A stretch of 56,221 nt of DNA. Source: an uncultured Acidimicrobiaceae bacterium (GTDB lineage Bacteria; Actinomycetota; Acidimicrobiia; Spongiisociales; UBA5794). Position 1 is the stretch's first letter. The number at the start of each line of letters is the position of its first letter. Shown here one piece after another: positions 9,162 to 17,274 of this stretch. Location: the NCBI GenBank assembly GCA_964387145.1, contig CAYLVM010000005.1, positions 1 to 56,221 on the forward strand, in the 5' to 3' direction. A program made the position numbers and the translations under genes. The notes beneath the pieces were generated by a model. The model searched no databases. It was given only the letters and a program-made list of their open reading frames with translations, and was not told where the DNA came from.

Positions 9162-9471
9162 GCCCCCCTCATCGTCCGTTCCCCGAGGGGGGGGTCTGGC
9201 TGAGAACGCGAGTCTCGAGGATGTTGCTCGACCGATTTCACCGAGGCGGAAAGAGACACGTCCGTTGCTGGCACCACGTCGGTGCCGCCTCGGGTGGAAG
9301 CGTGCGCGCGCTCACCTGAAGCGCCAACGCGGCTGCCCACAGGACGACTCCCTCTGGAGGCGGGAGATTGTGTGGAAGGTGTACTCCGTCGAGTGCGGAT
9401 GCACGGCGCACGGTTCGAGAAGGAACCCCCTTTACCTTCCAGTGGAGTGGAGGGTATATGGTGGAGATATT

Positions 9472-10068
9472 GTGACAAATGCACACCACCCATCCACCGC
9501 AACGACATCGGACGAGCGGAGGTTTCTGAGAGCACCGCTACGTGTCGGCATCGTATTCACCCTCCTCGTGTTGGGACTGAACCTCGGTACGAACCTCCTC
9601 ATCGGGGGGTTCGATCCTCAGATACACCAACTCCTCCTTCGGGACGTGTCGCCGACGTCACTCGTTGTACCGGCAAACCCGCCGGCGTTCCAGGAGATGC
9701 CAACACCCAAGACCGAGGGTGATGTTGCGCACATGGCCTTCGAGGTGGTGCTCACCGACTTCTTCCCACAGAGCATGTACAACACGCTCTACATCTTCCT
9801 GATCAGCCTCTTCGCTGCGAACGCCCCTTTCATCGGAGATCACGAGCGACGGCTCATCACCTGGATGGTTGGGGTGGGCGGATTCACGTTCGCTCTCGTA
9901 TTCCTCATCACCGCACTCCTCACACCCACGTTCGGCCCTGCCGGTCACCAGATAGCCCGAACGTGGCTCTTCCCGATCCCGGCCTTGATGATCGCCGCCG
10001 CGTTCACCTGGACGATATTCGCCTACATCGCCGGGCTGTTCATCCCGAGTCCGAAAGGCGCCAACTGA
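9472..10068 (+). CDS. Integral membrane protein, possibly a divergent RnfA/NqrE-like subunit without Cys
   Basis: GGAG RBS then GTG at 9472, about 4-5 TM helices, stop 1 nt before rnfC. Segments EVVLTDFFPQSMYNTLYIFL...NAPFIG, GFTFALVFL and ALMIAAAF...IAGL resemble the remembered RnfA consensus. Confidence 0.55.
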   Translation: MTNAHHPSTATTSDERRFLRAPLRVGIVFTLLVLGLNLGTNLLIGGFDPQIHQLLLRDVSPTSLVVPANPPAFQEMPTPKTEGDVAHMAFEVVLTDFFPQSMYNTLYIFLISLFAANAPFIGDHERRLITWMVGVGGFTFALVFLITALLTPTFGPAGHQIARTWLFPIPALMIAAAFTWTIFAYIAGLFIPSPKGAN

Positions 10069-10069
10069 C

Positions 10070-11392
10070 ATGAAGCTTCTCCGACGACACAGGCACGTTC
10101 CCGCACTCGAAGCCCGCAAGGAGGCAACGGCCGGCGCGGCGACGCAACCGTTGCCTGCCCCCGACGTCGTCGCCATACCTCTGCGTCAGCACATCGGAGA
10201 GACCTGTGAGCCGACCGTGCACGCTGGTGACCGTGTCCGTATCGGCGACCTCATCGGAGAGAGCTCTGCTGTGGTGAGTGCGAATGTTCATGCTTCCGTC
10301 TCGGGGCGTGTACGCGACGTCGGGCCGTACCCACACCCACTGGGAAGCGACGTCGACGCTGTTGTGATCGAGAATGATGGAGACGATGAGTGGGCGGACC
10401 TATACGTCGTCCCCGACCCCGAAGGTGCAGGACCCGATGCGTTACGAGCAGCCGTTCGACGCGCAGGAGTAGCGGGCATGGCGGGGGCAGGGTTCCCGGC
10501 AGCTGTCAAGCTCGATCCTCCTCCCGGGTCTGACATCGACACGGTGATCATCAACGCGATGGAGGGTGAGCCCTATCTGTCTGCCGATCACCGCATGGCG
10601 CTCGAGCACGCGGACGCAGTGGTCGACGGCGCTCGTTGGATCATGCGTATCGTCGATGCTCCCCACACAGTGATCGCAGTGGAGAGCGACAAGACGGATG
10701 CCGCTACGGCCCTCGAACGAGCAGCCGAGGCTGCCGGCGTCTCCTCCGTACTCGAGGTGCAGCTCCTGCCGCGCGACTATGCGGCTGGCGCCGAGAAGAT
10801 CCTGGTTCAGTCCATCCTCGGTCGAGAGATCCCGGGTGGCGGGTTTCCCTACGACGTCGGCGTGGTGAGCCAGAACGTGAGTACCACTGTTGCGATCTCA
10901 CAAGCCATTCGTCTCGGCCGTCCACTCACCGAACGCGTGATCACCGTTGCAGGTGAAGGTGTGCAACGGCCTGGCAACTATCTCGTGCGAATCGGAACGT
11001 CCTTCGACCATATCCTCGAGCAGGTCGGCACGACCGGTGACGTCGACCGGGTCATCATGGGTGGCCCGATGATGGGGATTGCCCAGGGCGATCTGTCGGT
11101 CCCGGTGATCAAGCCGACGACGGGCATCGTTGCGTTGTCGAGCGCCGAGTCCCGTCGGGGCGCGGAGGTTGCATGTATCCACTGCGCATGGTGTGTCGAG
11201 GTCTGCCCCATCGGTCTCATGCCCTTCTTCCTCGTGGACATGATCCGGATCGGCGAGCCGCTCACGGCCGAGGCGTCTCACCTGTTCGACTGCTTCGAGT
11301 GCGGTCTTTGCGACTATGTGTGTCCTTCCAACATCCCCCTTGTCGAGGTGATCCGCTCGGGAAAGAGCACCATCTCGGAGACCCGACGATGA
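10070..11392 (+). CDS. rnfC: RnfC/RsxC-like electron transport subunit (FMN/NADH site, two 4Fe-4S)
   Basis: PLRQHIG, HASVSG, AGVAGMAGAGFP, EPYLSADHR, IMGGPMMG, CIHCAWCVEVCP and CFECGLCDYVCPSNIPL. Confidence 0.92.
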   Translation: MKLLRRHRHVPALEARKEATAGAATQPLPAPDVVAIPLRQHIGETCEPTVHAGDRVRIGDLIGESSAVVSANVHASVSGRVRDVGPYPHPLGSDVDAVVIENDGDDEWADLYVVPDPEGAGPDALRAAVRRAGVAGMAGAGFPAAVKLDPPPGSDIDTVIINAMEGEPYLSADHRMALEHADAVVDGARWIMRIVDAPHTVIAVESDKTDAATALERAAEAAGVSSVLEVQLLPRDYAAGAEKILVQSILGREIPGGGFPYDVGVVSQNVSTTVAISQAIRLGRPLTERVITVAGEGVQRPGNYLVRIGTSFDHILEQVGTTGDVDRVIMGGPMMGIAQGDLSVPVIKPTTGIVALSSAESRRGAEVACIHCAWCVEVCPIGLMPFFLVDMIRIGEPLTAEASHLFDCFECGLCDYVCPSNIPLVEVIRSGKSTISETRR

Positions 11393-12300
11393 ACGTCCCA
11401 GTATCCCCACACGTACGGCGATCACTGGACAAGCAACGCGTGATGTGGGAGGTGATCGCTGCCCTACTCCCCGCTGCAGTGTTCGGTATCTGGTACTTCG
11501 GACCCGCCGAAACCCTTCCACAGTTGACGGCTTCGATCGCCGGCGCTGTGGTTACCCAGGCGTTCGTGGAGCGACTTCGGCGTCGACCCATCACTGTGAT
11601 GGACGGTGCCCCGTGGGTGACCGGCCTCATACTCGGGATGAGTCTTCCCCCTGGACTCAACCCACTCATCGCGCTCGCCGGAGGGGCGTTCGCCACTGGA
11701 GTGGTCAAAGCGTTCGTCACCACGTCGACCGGTCGAAGCCTCTTGAACCCGGCCATGGTCGCCAGAGTTCTCATCGTATCTGAGTTCCTCGTACCGGCGA
11801 CCACGTTCACCGTGGATGGAGTTTCGACGGCGACGCCGCTGACGTCGAGTTCCCCGACGAGCTACCTCGATCTCTTCATCGGGGCGCGTATCGGCTCGAT
11901 CGGCGAGACGACGGCTGTTCTGCTGCTGCTTGGCGGTGGATACCTTCTGTGGCGTGGGATCATCCGATGGCATCTCCCCGTTGCCTACCTCGTTGGTGTC
12001 GTGGCGACGTCACTGATCCTCGGTCGTGATCCGTTCTTCGACCTTCTCGCAGGCGCGAGCATCCTCACCGCCTTTTTCATCATCACCGATCCGACCACGT
12101 CGCCCGCCACGGTTCCAGGTCGGGTGGGATTCGGATTCGCGACAGCGACGATCGCGACGTTCATCCGTATCACGACACTGTTCCCGACAGGGGAAGCGTT
12201 GGCAGTCGTCATCGGCAACTTCGCTACACCGTTCATAGATCGTGTCGTGACGAACCGCGTGTACGGGACACGGAGGCGCGCAGGAAGGGCATCGACATGA
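11389..12300 (+). CDS. rnfD: RnfD/NqrB-family membrane subunit
   Basis: SPHVR...MWEVIAALLPA, VTGLILGMSLPP, NPAM, flavinylation-type motif DGVSTATPL, GSIGET, TDPTTSP. ATGA overlap with rnfC. Confidence 0.9.
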   Translation: MNVPVSPHVRRSLDKQRVMWEVIAALLPAAVFGIWYFGPAETLPQLTASIAGAVVTQAFVERLRRRPITVMDGAPWVTGLILGMSLPPGLNPLIALAGGAFATGVVKAFVTTSTGRSLLNPAMVARVLIVSEFLVPATTFTVDGVSTATPLTSSSPTSYLDLFIGARIGSIGETTAVLLLLGGGYLLWRGIIRWHLPVAYLVGVVATSLILGRDPFFDLLAGASILTAFFIITDPTTSPATVPGRVGFGFATATIATFIRITTLFPTGEALAVVIGNFATPFIDRVVTNRVYGTRRRAGRAST

Positions 12301-13301
12301 TCTCACGAAGACGCTTCATCCGGGATATGTCGGGCGTTGTCGCTGGTGCCGGACTCGTTGCGCTGCCCGTCTGGCAGTGGACGGCCCAGCGACAGAGAGT
12401 CGAGCGGTTCACCCGTCCGATGATGGGCACCGATGTCGAGATCGTTCTCCTCGGTCTCGGGCGTGATGCCGCAGTCTCAGCTGCAGAACATGCCTTCGTC
12501 ACGATGAAAGCGGTTGCGGATCAGCTCACGACGTTCGATCCACAGAGCGATCTGAGTGGCCTCAACGCCTCGGCGGGGAAGGGGCCGGTCCGCGTTGGTC
12601 GGGATCTCGAAGCCGTGCTGCTCCAGGCGAATACGATGCGAACTCGCACCGAGGGTGCTTTCACGCCTGCGATCCTTCCCCTCAGCCTGCTCTGGCGACC
12701 ACCCCGAACACAGGTCCCCGAAGCCGTCGCGATAGAAGCGGCTCTCGAGGCGGTGTCGCGGGCGGAGGTACGTGTGCCATCGACGGGTTGGGGTGAGGTT
12801 GCCACGACCACACGTCTCGACTTCGGGGGCATCGCGAAGGGGTACGCAGTAGATCGGGCGGTCCAATCGCTCAGGGCAGCAGGGGTCACCGATGGAATCG
12901 TCGATGCCGGTGGTGACCTCAGACTTCTCGGGTCGCGTGGTGGCCAACCGTGGCGTATCGGTATTCCAAACCCAGATCACCCACAGCAGATCGCACGTGT
13001 CCTGCACCTTCGCGATGCTGCGGTCGCAACGTCAGGAGGGTACGAGCGCTTCTTCGTGGTCGATGGTGTCCGTTATCACCACATCGTTGACCCTCGTACC
13101 GGGTATCCGGCACGCTCGACCACGTCGTTCACCGTCGTGCTTCGAGATGGCACGTCGGCAGACGCTGCTGCAACCGCCGGATTCGTACTCGGACCCGGGG
13201 CAGGACTCGACTTCGTAACCAGCATCGGAGGCGAAGCCCTTGCTCTGGGGCCGGACGGCTCATGGCAGTACACGAAAGGGCTCGAAGACCGGCGGGCGTG
13301 A
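12297..13301 (+). CDS. apbE: FAD:protein FMN transferase ApbE with twin-arginine signal
   Basis: MMGT, SDLSGLN, LDFGGIAKGYAVD, DAGGDLR, ATSGGYERFF, YHHIVDPRTGYP, ADAAATA. N-terminal SRRRFI. Confidence 0.93.
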   Translation: MISRRRFIRDMSGVVAGAGLVALPVWQWTAQRQRVERFTRPMMGTDVEIVLLGLGRDAAVSAAEHAFVTMKAVADQLTTFDPQSDLSGLNASAGKGPVRVGRDLEAVLLQANTMRTRTEGAFTPAILPLSLLWRPPRTQVPEAVAIEAALEAVSRAEVRVPSTGWGEVATTTRLDFGGIAKGYAVDRAVQSLRAAGVTDGIVDAGGDLRLLGSRGGQPWRIGIPNPDHPQQIARVLHLRDAAVATSGGYERFFVVDGVRYHHIVDPRTGYPARSTTSFTVVLRDGTSADAAATAGFVLGPGAGLDFVTSIGGEALALGPDGSWQYTKGLEDRRA

Positions 13302-13389
13302 TGTCGCGTCACACGTTCTCAGCCATGTGGCCGGTGTTTCGTTGACAAGTCGACTTGGTGAGTCCACGTGTTCCTATCATCTCTGATCG

Positions 13390-14637
13390 ATGCACTACGA
13401 ACTCACGACACTCCCCAACGGTCTACGGATCATCACAGAGCACATGCCTTCGATCCGTTCGGCAACGATCGGTTGCTGGGTCGACACCGGTAGCCGGGAC
13501 GAAGATTCCCGTGAGGCTGGTGCCTCACACTTCCTCGAACACCTCCTCTTCAAGGGGTCGGAGGACTGGTCAGCGCGCCGGATCTCTGAGACCTTCGATG
13601 GGCTCGGGGCGCGTCACAACGCCTTCACATCCAAGGAGTACACGTGTTTCTGGACCAGGACCCGTGACGAGGATCTCCCGGTCGGTGTCGAGATCCTCGG
13701 TGAGATGCTCCAGTTGCCTTCGTTTCGCCAGGAGGAGATCGACTCGGAGCGCAACGTCGTTCTCGAAGAGATCAACATGAACGAGGACGATCCGACCGAT
13801 GTCGCCCATGAGCAGTTCATCGAGGCGATGTGGGGATCACATCCGCTCGCCGCACCGATCCTGGGTACGAAGGAGTCGATCACCGGGATGTCGCGCACGA
13901 CCATCCGGTCGTACTGGGAGCGAAGGTACTCGCCGCACACGACCGTCATCGCCGTTGCAGGGAACCTGCCGGAGAACCTCATCGAACTTCTCACCGACCG
14001 CTTCGGCTCATGGGACGGAACCGGCGGTGAGAGGGTGTCTGTCGAACCGACGGTCACCGCCACCGTCGGTTTGCGCACCAAGGACACGGAACAGGCGCAT
14101 CTGATCTTCGGTTCACCGTCGCTCGTACGCGACGATGATCGTCGATTCGCTCTGACCATTCTCGACCACGTGCTTGGTGGCGGCATGTCGTCACGGCTCT
14201 TTCACGAGATTCGTGAGACGCGTGGCCTTGCCTACGCCGTGCACAGTTTTCGTATGCCGTTCCTGGATGCGGGAGCCTCCGCGGTGTACGTCGGTACGAC
14301 ACCATCCCAGGTCGACGAAGTCCTCAAGATCGTGAGGGCACAACTCGACGAGCTCATCGCCAACGGCATCTCGGACGAGGAGTTGGAGCGAGCCAAGGGC
14401 CACATCAAGGGGTCGCTCGCGCTTGGGCTCGAAGATTCGAGTTCGCGGATGAACCGTCTCGGGCGGAACGAGCTGACGGGGATCGACCACCTCTCCGTCG
14501 ATGAGACCGTTGAGAGGATCGCGCAGGTGACCAACGACGACATCAAGCAGGTTGCGAAGATCGCCTACTCCGGGCCGTACGTCCTCGGTGCGGTTGGTCC
14601 GTTCGATCGCGACGATCTCGAGGAGTACGTCAGATGA
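13390..14637 (+). CDS. M16 (pitrilysin/insulinase) family zinc peptidase
   Basis: GASHFLEHLLFKG (inverted HxxEH), NAFTSKEYT, LGGGMSSRLFHEIRETRGLAY. Confidence 0.95.
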   Translation: MHYELTTLPNGLRIITEHMPSIRSATIGCWVDTGSRDEDSREAGASHFLEHLLFKGSEDWSARRISETFDGLGARHNAFTSKEYTCFWTRTRDEDLPVGVEILGEMLQLPSFRQEEIDSERNVVLEEINMNEDDPTDVAHEQFIEAMWGSHPLAAPILGTKESITGMSRTTIRSYWERRYSPHTTVIAVAGNLPENLIELLTDRFGSWDGTGGERVSVEPTVTATVGLRTKDTEQAHLIFGSPSLVRDDDRRFALTILDHVLGGGMSSRLFHEIRETRGLAYAVHSFRMPFLDAGASAVYVGTTPSQVDEVLKIVRAQLDELIANGISDEELERAKGHIKGSLALGLEDSSSRMNRLGRNELTGIDHLSVDETVERIAQVTNDDIKQVAKIAYSGPYVLGAVGPFDRDDLEEYVR

Positions 14638-15392
14638 AGGTCGGTGTGTCTGGTGCCTCCGGACGTATGGGAAGCCTTGCAGCGGCGACCATCGACGAGC
14701 AAGAGGATCTGCATCTCATAGCGTTGTACGACGCGCACACGGTCGGCAACATCGCAGGGCTCTCCATCAATCAGGATCCCGGCACCCTGGACGGCTGTGA
14801 CGTGATCGTCGAGTTCTCTCGTCCAGACGTCGTGATGGACAACCTCGCTCGATGGCGTTCCCTCGGAGCGAACGTGGTCGTCGGCACTTCTGGTTTCGAC
14901 GCGCAGCGTCTTGGGGCGCTCGATGAACTGTGGGGGAACGGACCGGGGAACTGCCTCGTCGTACCGAACTTCTCGATCGGTGCCGTTCTCATGATGAAGC
15001 TCGCCGAGATCGCAGCACGGCACTTCCCTGTCGTCGAGATCATCGAGATGCACCACGATGAAAAGGCCGATGCACCTTCGGGCACGGCGATCGCGACGGC
15101 CCGTGTCGTCGCGTCTGTTGCGGGCGAGCCTGTGCGGGCGGTCGACTCTGAGGAGTTGTACGACGGTGCGCTCGGTGCCGATGTGGAGTCCGTGCGCATC
15201 CACTCCGTAAGGATGCCGGGCATCGTTGCGCACCAGGATGTCATCTTCGGCGGTCCCGGCGAAACGCTCACCATCAGCCACGACACGACGGACCGCTCCT
15301 CGTTCATGCCGGGACTGCTGTTGGCGGTGCGAAGTGTCGGTGCTCAGAAAGAAACGCTCGCCGTTGGCCTCGATCGGTTGCTGCGGATCTGA
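14634..15392 (+). CDS. dapB: 4-hydroxy-tetrahydrodipicolinate reductase
   Basis: GASGRMG, VVGTSGF, PNFSIG, EMHHDEKADAPSGTA, HDTTDRSSFMPG. Confidence 0.96.
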   Translation: MKVGVSGASGRMGSLAAATIDEQEDLHLIALYDAHTVGNIAGLSINQDPGTLDGCDVIVEFSRPDVVMDNLARWRSLGANVVVGTSGFDAQRLGALDELWGNGPGNCLVVPNFSIGAVLMMKLAEIAARHFPVVEIIEMHHDEKADAPSGTAIATARVVASVAGEPVRAVDSEELYDGALGADVESVRIHSVRMPGIVAHQDVIFGGPGETLTISHDTTDRSSFMPGLLLAVRSVGAQKETLAVGLDRLLRI

Positions 15393-15480
15393 GAACTCTC
15401 GCGAACATGCAGCACCCCGGGTTCTGTGGGCCCACTGCGGCATATATCGGACGTACAACCCTGGGTACGCGCAGAGGGGG

Positions 15481-16326
15481 TTAGTAGAGGGTGTTGGCGA
15501 GTTGGCGGCGGTACGTCACGGTGAGTGGGTGGTCGGGTCCGAGCACCCCGAAGATGTCGACCATGGCGAGACGGGCCTCCTCCCTCAGGTCTCCGTTGTG
15601 GCGGACGACGTCGAGCATCCGATCGAGAGCCGGTTCGTACTCCGCGTGAGCTGCGAGTGCGCGTGCCAGTTCCAATTGGGCGTTGTCATCGGCGGGATCG
15701 GCCCGTACTGCGGCTTCGAGTTCGGAGAGATCGGTCCCAGCCGACCCACGAAGGCGGGCGGCGGACTGGAGTCGCCCGACATCGGCGTCAGGGATGAGCT
15801 TGCCGAGGACGATCATGGCTTCTTCGGTCTCGCCCTTGTCGATCAACAGTGCCGCAAGCGACGTCCCGGCTTCCTGGTGATCCGGCTTCTGATCGAGGAC
15901 CTGGCGAAGCATGTGCTCGGCTGCCGTGGTGTCGCCGGCGACGAGCGCCGATCGTGCCTCGTCGACGAGCAGATCGAGCTCGCTCGGCATCACCCCATCG
16001 ATGAACGCCAGGATCGATGCTTCAGGGAGCGCTCCCGAGAACCGGTCCACCTCCTTGCCGTGACGGATGGCAACGACGGTTGGGATCGACTGGACCCCGA
16101 ACTGCGCCGAGAGCTCCTGATTGGCGTCGACATCCACCTTTGCAAGTTCGAATCGGCCACCGGCTTCGTCCGTGATGCGTTCCAGGAGGGGGGACAGCGT
16201 CTTGCACGGGCCGCACCACTCGGCCCAGAAGTCCACGAGGACCGGGACTTCACGCGACCGGAGCAGCACGTCCTGTTGGAACTCCGCCGTTGAAATGTCC
16301 TTGATGTGGGGGCTTGTATCTTCCAT
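15481..16326 (-). CDS. Thioredoxin-TPR co-chaperone (YbbN/CnoX-like)
   Basis: VLVDFWAEWCGPCK thioredoxin domain plus a TPR-like C-terminus ending YRRQLANTLY. TATCCT 7 nt upstream of ATG 16326. Confidence 0.9.
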   Translation of the reverse strand: MEDTSPHIKDISTAEFQQDVLLRSREVPVLVDFWAEWCGPCKTLSPLLERITDEAGGRFELAKVDVDANQELSAQFGVQSIPTVVAIRHGKEVDRFSGALPEASILAFIDGVMPSELDLLVDEARSALVAGDTTAAEHMLRQVLDQKPDHQEAGTSLAALLIDKGETEEAMIVLGKLIPDADVGRLQSAARLRGSAGTDLSELEAAVRADPADDNAQLELARALAAHAEYEPALDRMLDVVRHNGDLREEARLAMVDIFGVLGPDHPLTVTYRRQLANTLY

Positions 16327-16368
16327 GGGGACAAGGATAGATAACGGTCCCGTGGTAACTTGCGGGTC

Positions 16369-17274
16369 ATGGAACATCGCACCGAGGCACCGTTCGGACG
16401 GGTCCTCACCGCCGTCATCACCCCGTTCGGCGATAACGGCTCAATCGACTACGCGGCGTTCTTCCGTCTGGTGAAGCACCTGAAGAAGAACCGCTCCGAC
16501 GGCATCGTCGTTGCCGGTACAACGGGAGAATCGCCCGTCCTGTCTCGGCCGGAGAAGATCGCTCTCTTTCGCGCAGCCGTAGATGCAGCGAAAGGTGGGA
16601 TGGTTGTCGTTGCAGGTGTAGGGACCTACGACACGAGGGAGTCGGTCGCGCTCGCCAAGGCAGCGGCGGACGCCGGAGTCGATGGTCTCATGGCAGTGAC
16701 CCCCTACTACTCGAAACCGCCGCAGGCGGGGATCGTCGCCCACATGGTCGCGATCGCCGATGCGACCGATCTCCCGCTGATGATCTACAACATTCCGGGG
16801 AGGACATGCACGCGGATCGAGATCGAGACACTCGTCGAACTCGCCATCCACCCGAGGATCGTCGCAGTCAAGGATGCTGTGGATGATCTCGAGTGGTCCA
16901 AGAGAGCCATCGATGCGTTCCCGGAGAGCTTCGCCGTCTACTCGGGGAGCGACGCCATGACGAAGGATCTGGTGGAGGCTGGGGCCGTCGGGGTCGTTTC
17001 TGTTGCCTCCCATCTCGCAGGTGTGACGATCGCAGAGATGATCGATGCTGCTCTCGGTGGAGATCTCGACAGGGCTGCAGTGATCGACACCGTGCTCGGC
17101 CCCCTCGTCGAAGCACTGTTCATGGAGCCGAGTCCGATGCCGCTCAAGGCCGGTCTCACCTCCTACTGGGACTCCGTCGGCGAACCACGCCTCCCGCTGG
17201 TTCCGGCGAGGCAAGAGACGACGGAGGCGATAGGCTCGGCACTCGAAGCGATCAACGAATTCAGGTCACAATGA
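16369..17274 (+). CDS. dapA: 4-hydroxy-tetrahydrodipicolinate synthase
   Basis: GTTGES, VTPYYSKP, YNIPGRT, Schiff-base Lys in VAVKDA, EPSPMPLK. TAACTT 7 nt before ATG 16369. Confidence 0.95.
   Translation: MEHRTEAPFGRVLTAVITPFGDNGSIDYAAFFRLVKHLKKNRSDGIVVAGTTGESPVLSRPEKIALFRAAVDAAKGGMVVVAGVGTYDTRESVALAKAAADAGVDGLMAVTPYYSKPPQAGIVAHMVAIADATDLPLMIYNIPGRTCTRIEIETLVELAIHPRIVAVKDAVDDLEWSKRAIDAFPESFAVYSGSDAMTKDLVEAGAVGVVSVASHLAGVTIAEMIDAALGGDLDRAAVIDTVLGPLVEALFMEPSPMPLKAGLTSYWDSVGEPRLPLVPARQETTEAIGSALEAINEFRSQ

Noticed and set aside
9330-9370. AGGACGACTCCCTCTGGAG resembling the glycine riboswitch linker
   Set aside because: The conserved CCGAAG and CUCUCAGG elements are not present in the right order on this strand.
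13342-13379. TTGACA...TATCAT as a sigma70-type promoter for the M16 peptidase
   Set aside because: The 26-nt spacing is far too long for a -35/-10 pair. Only the -10 is plausible.
9088-13540. Calling the rnf-like cassette a transposon or ICE
   Set aside because: There is no transposase, recombinase or terminal inverted repeat. Only the direct-repeat scar is supported, so it is reported as a finding rather than a mobile-element feature.
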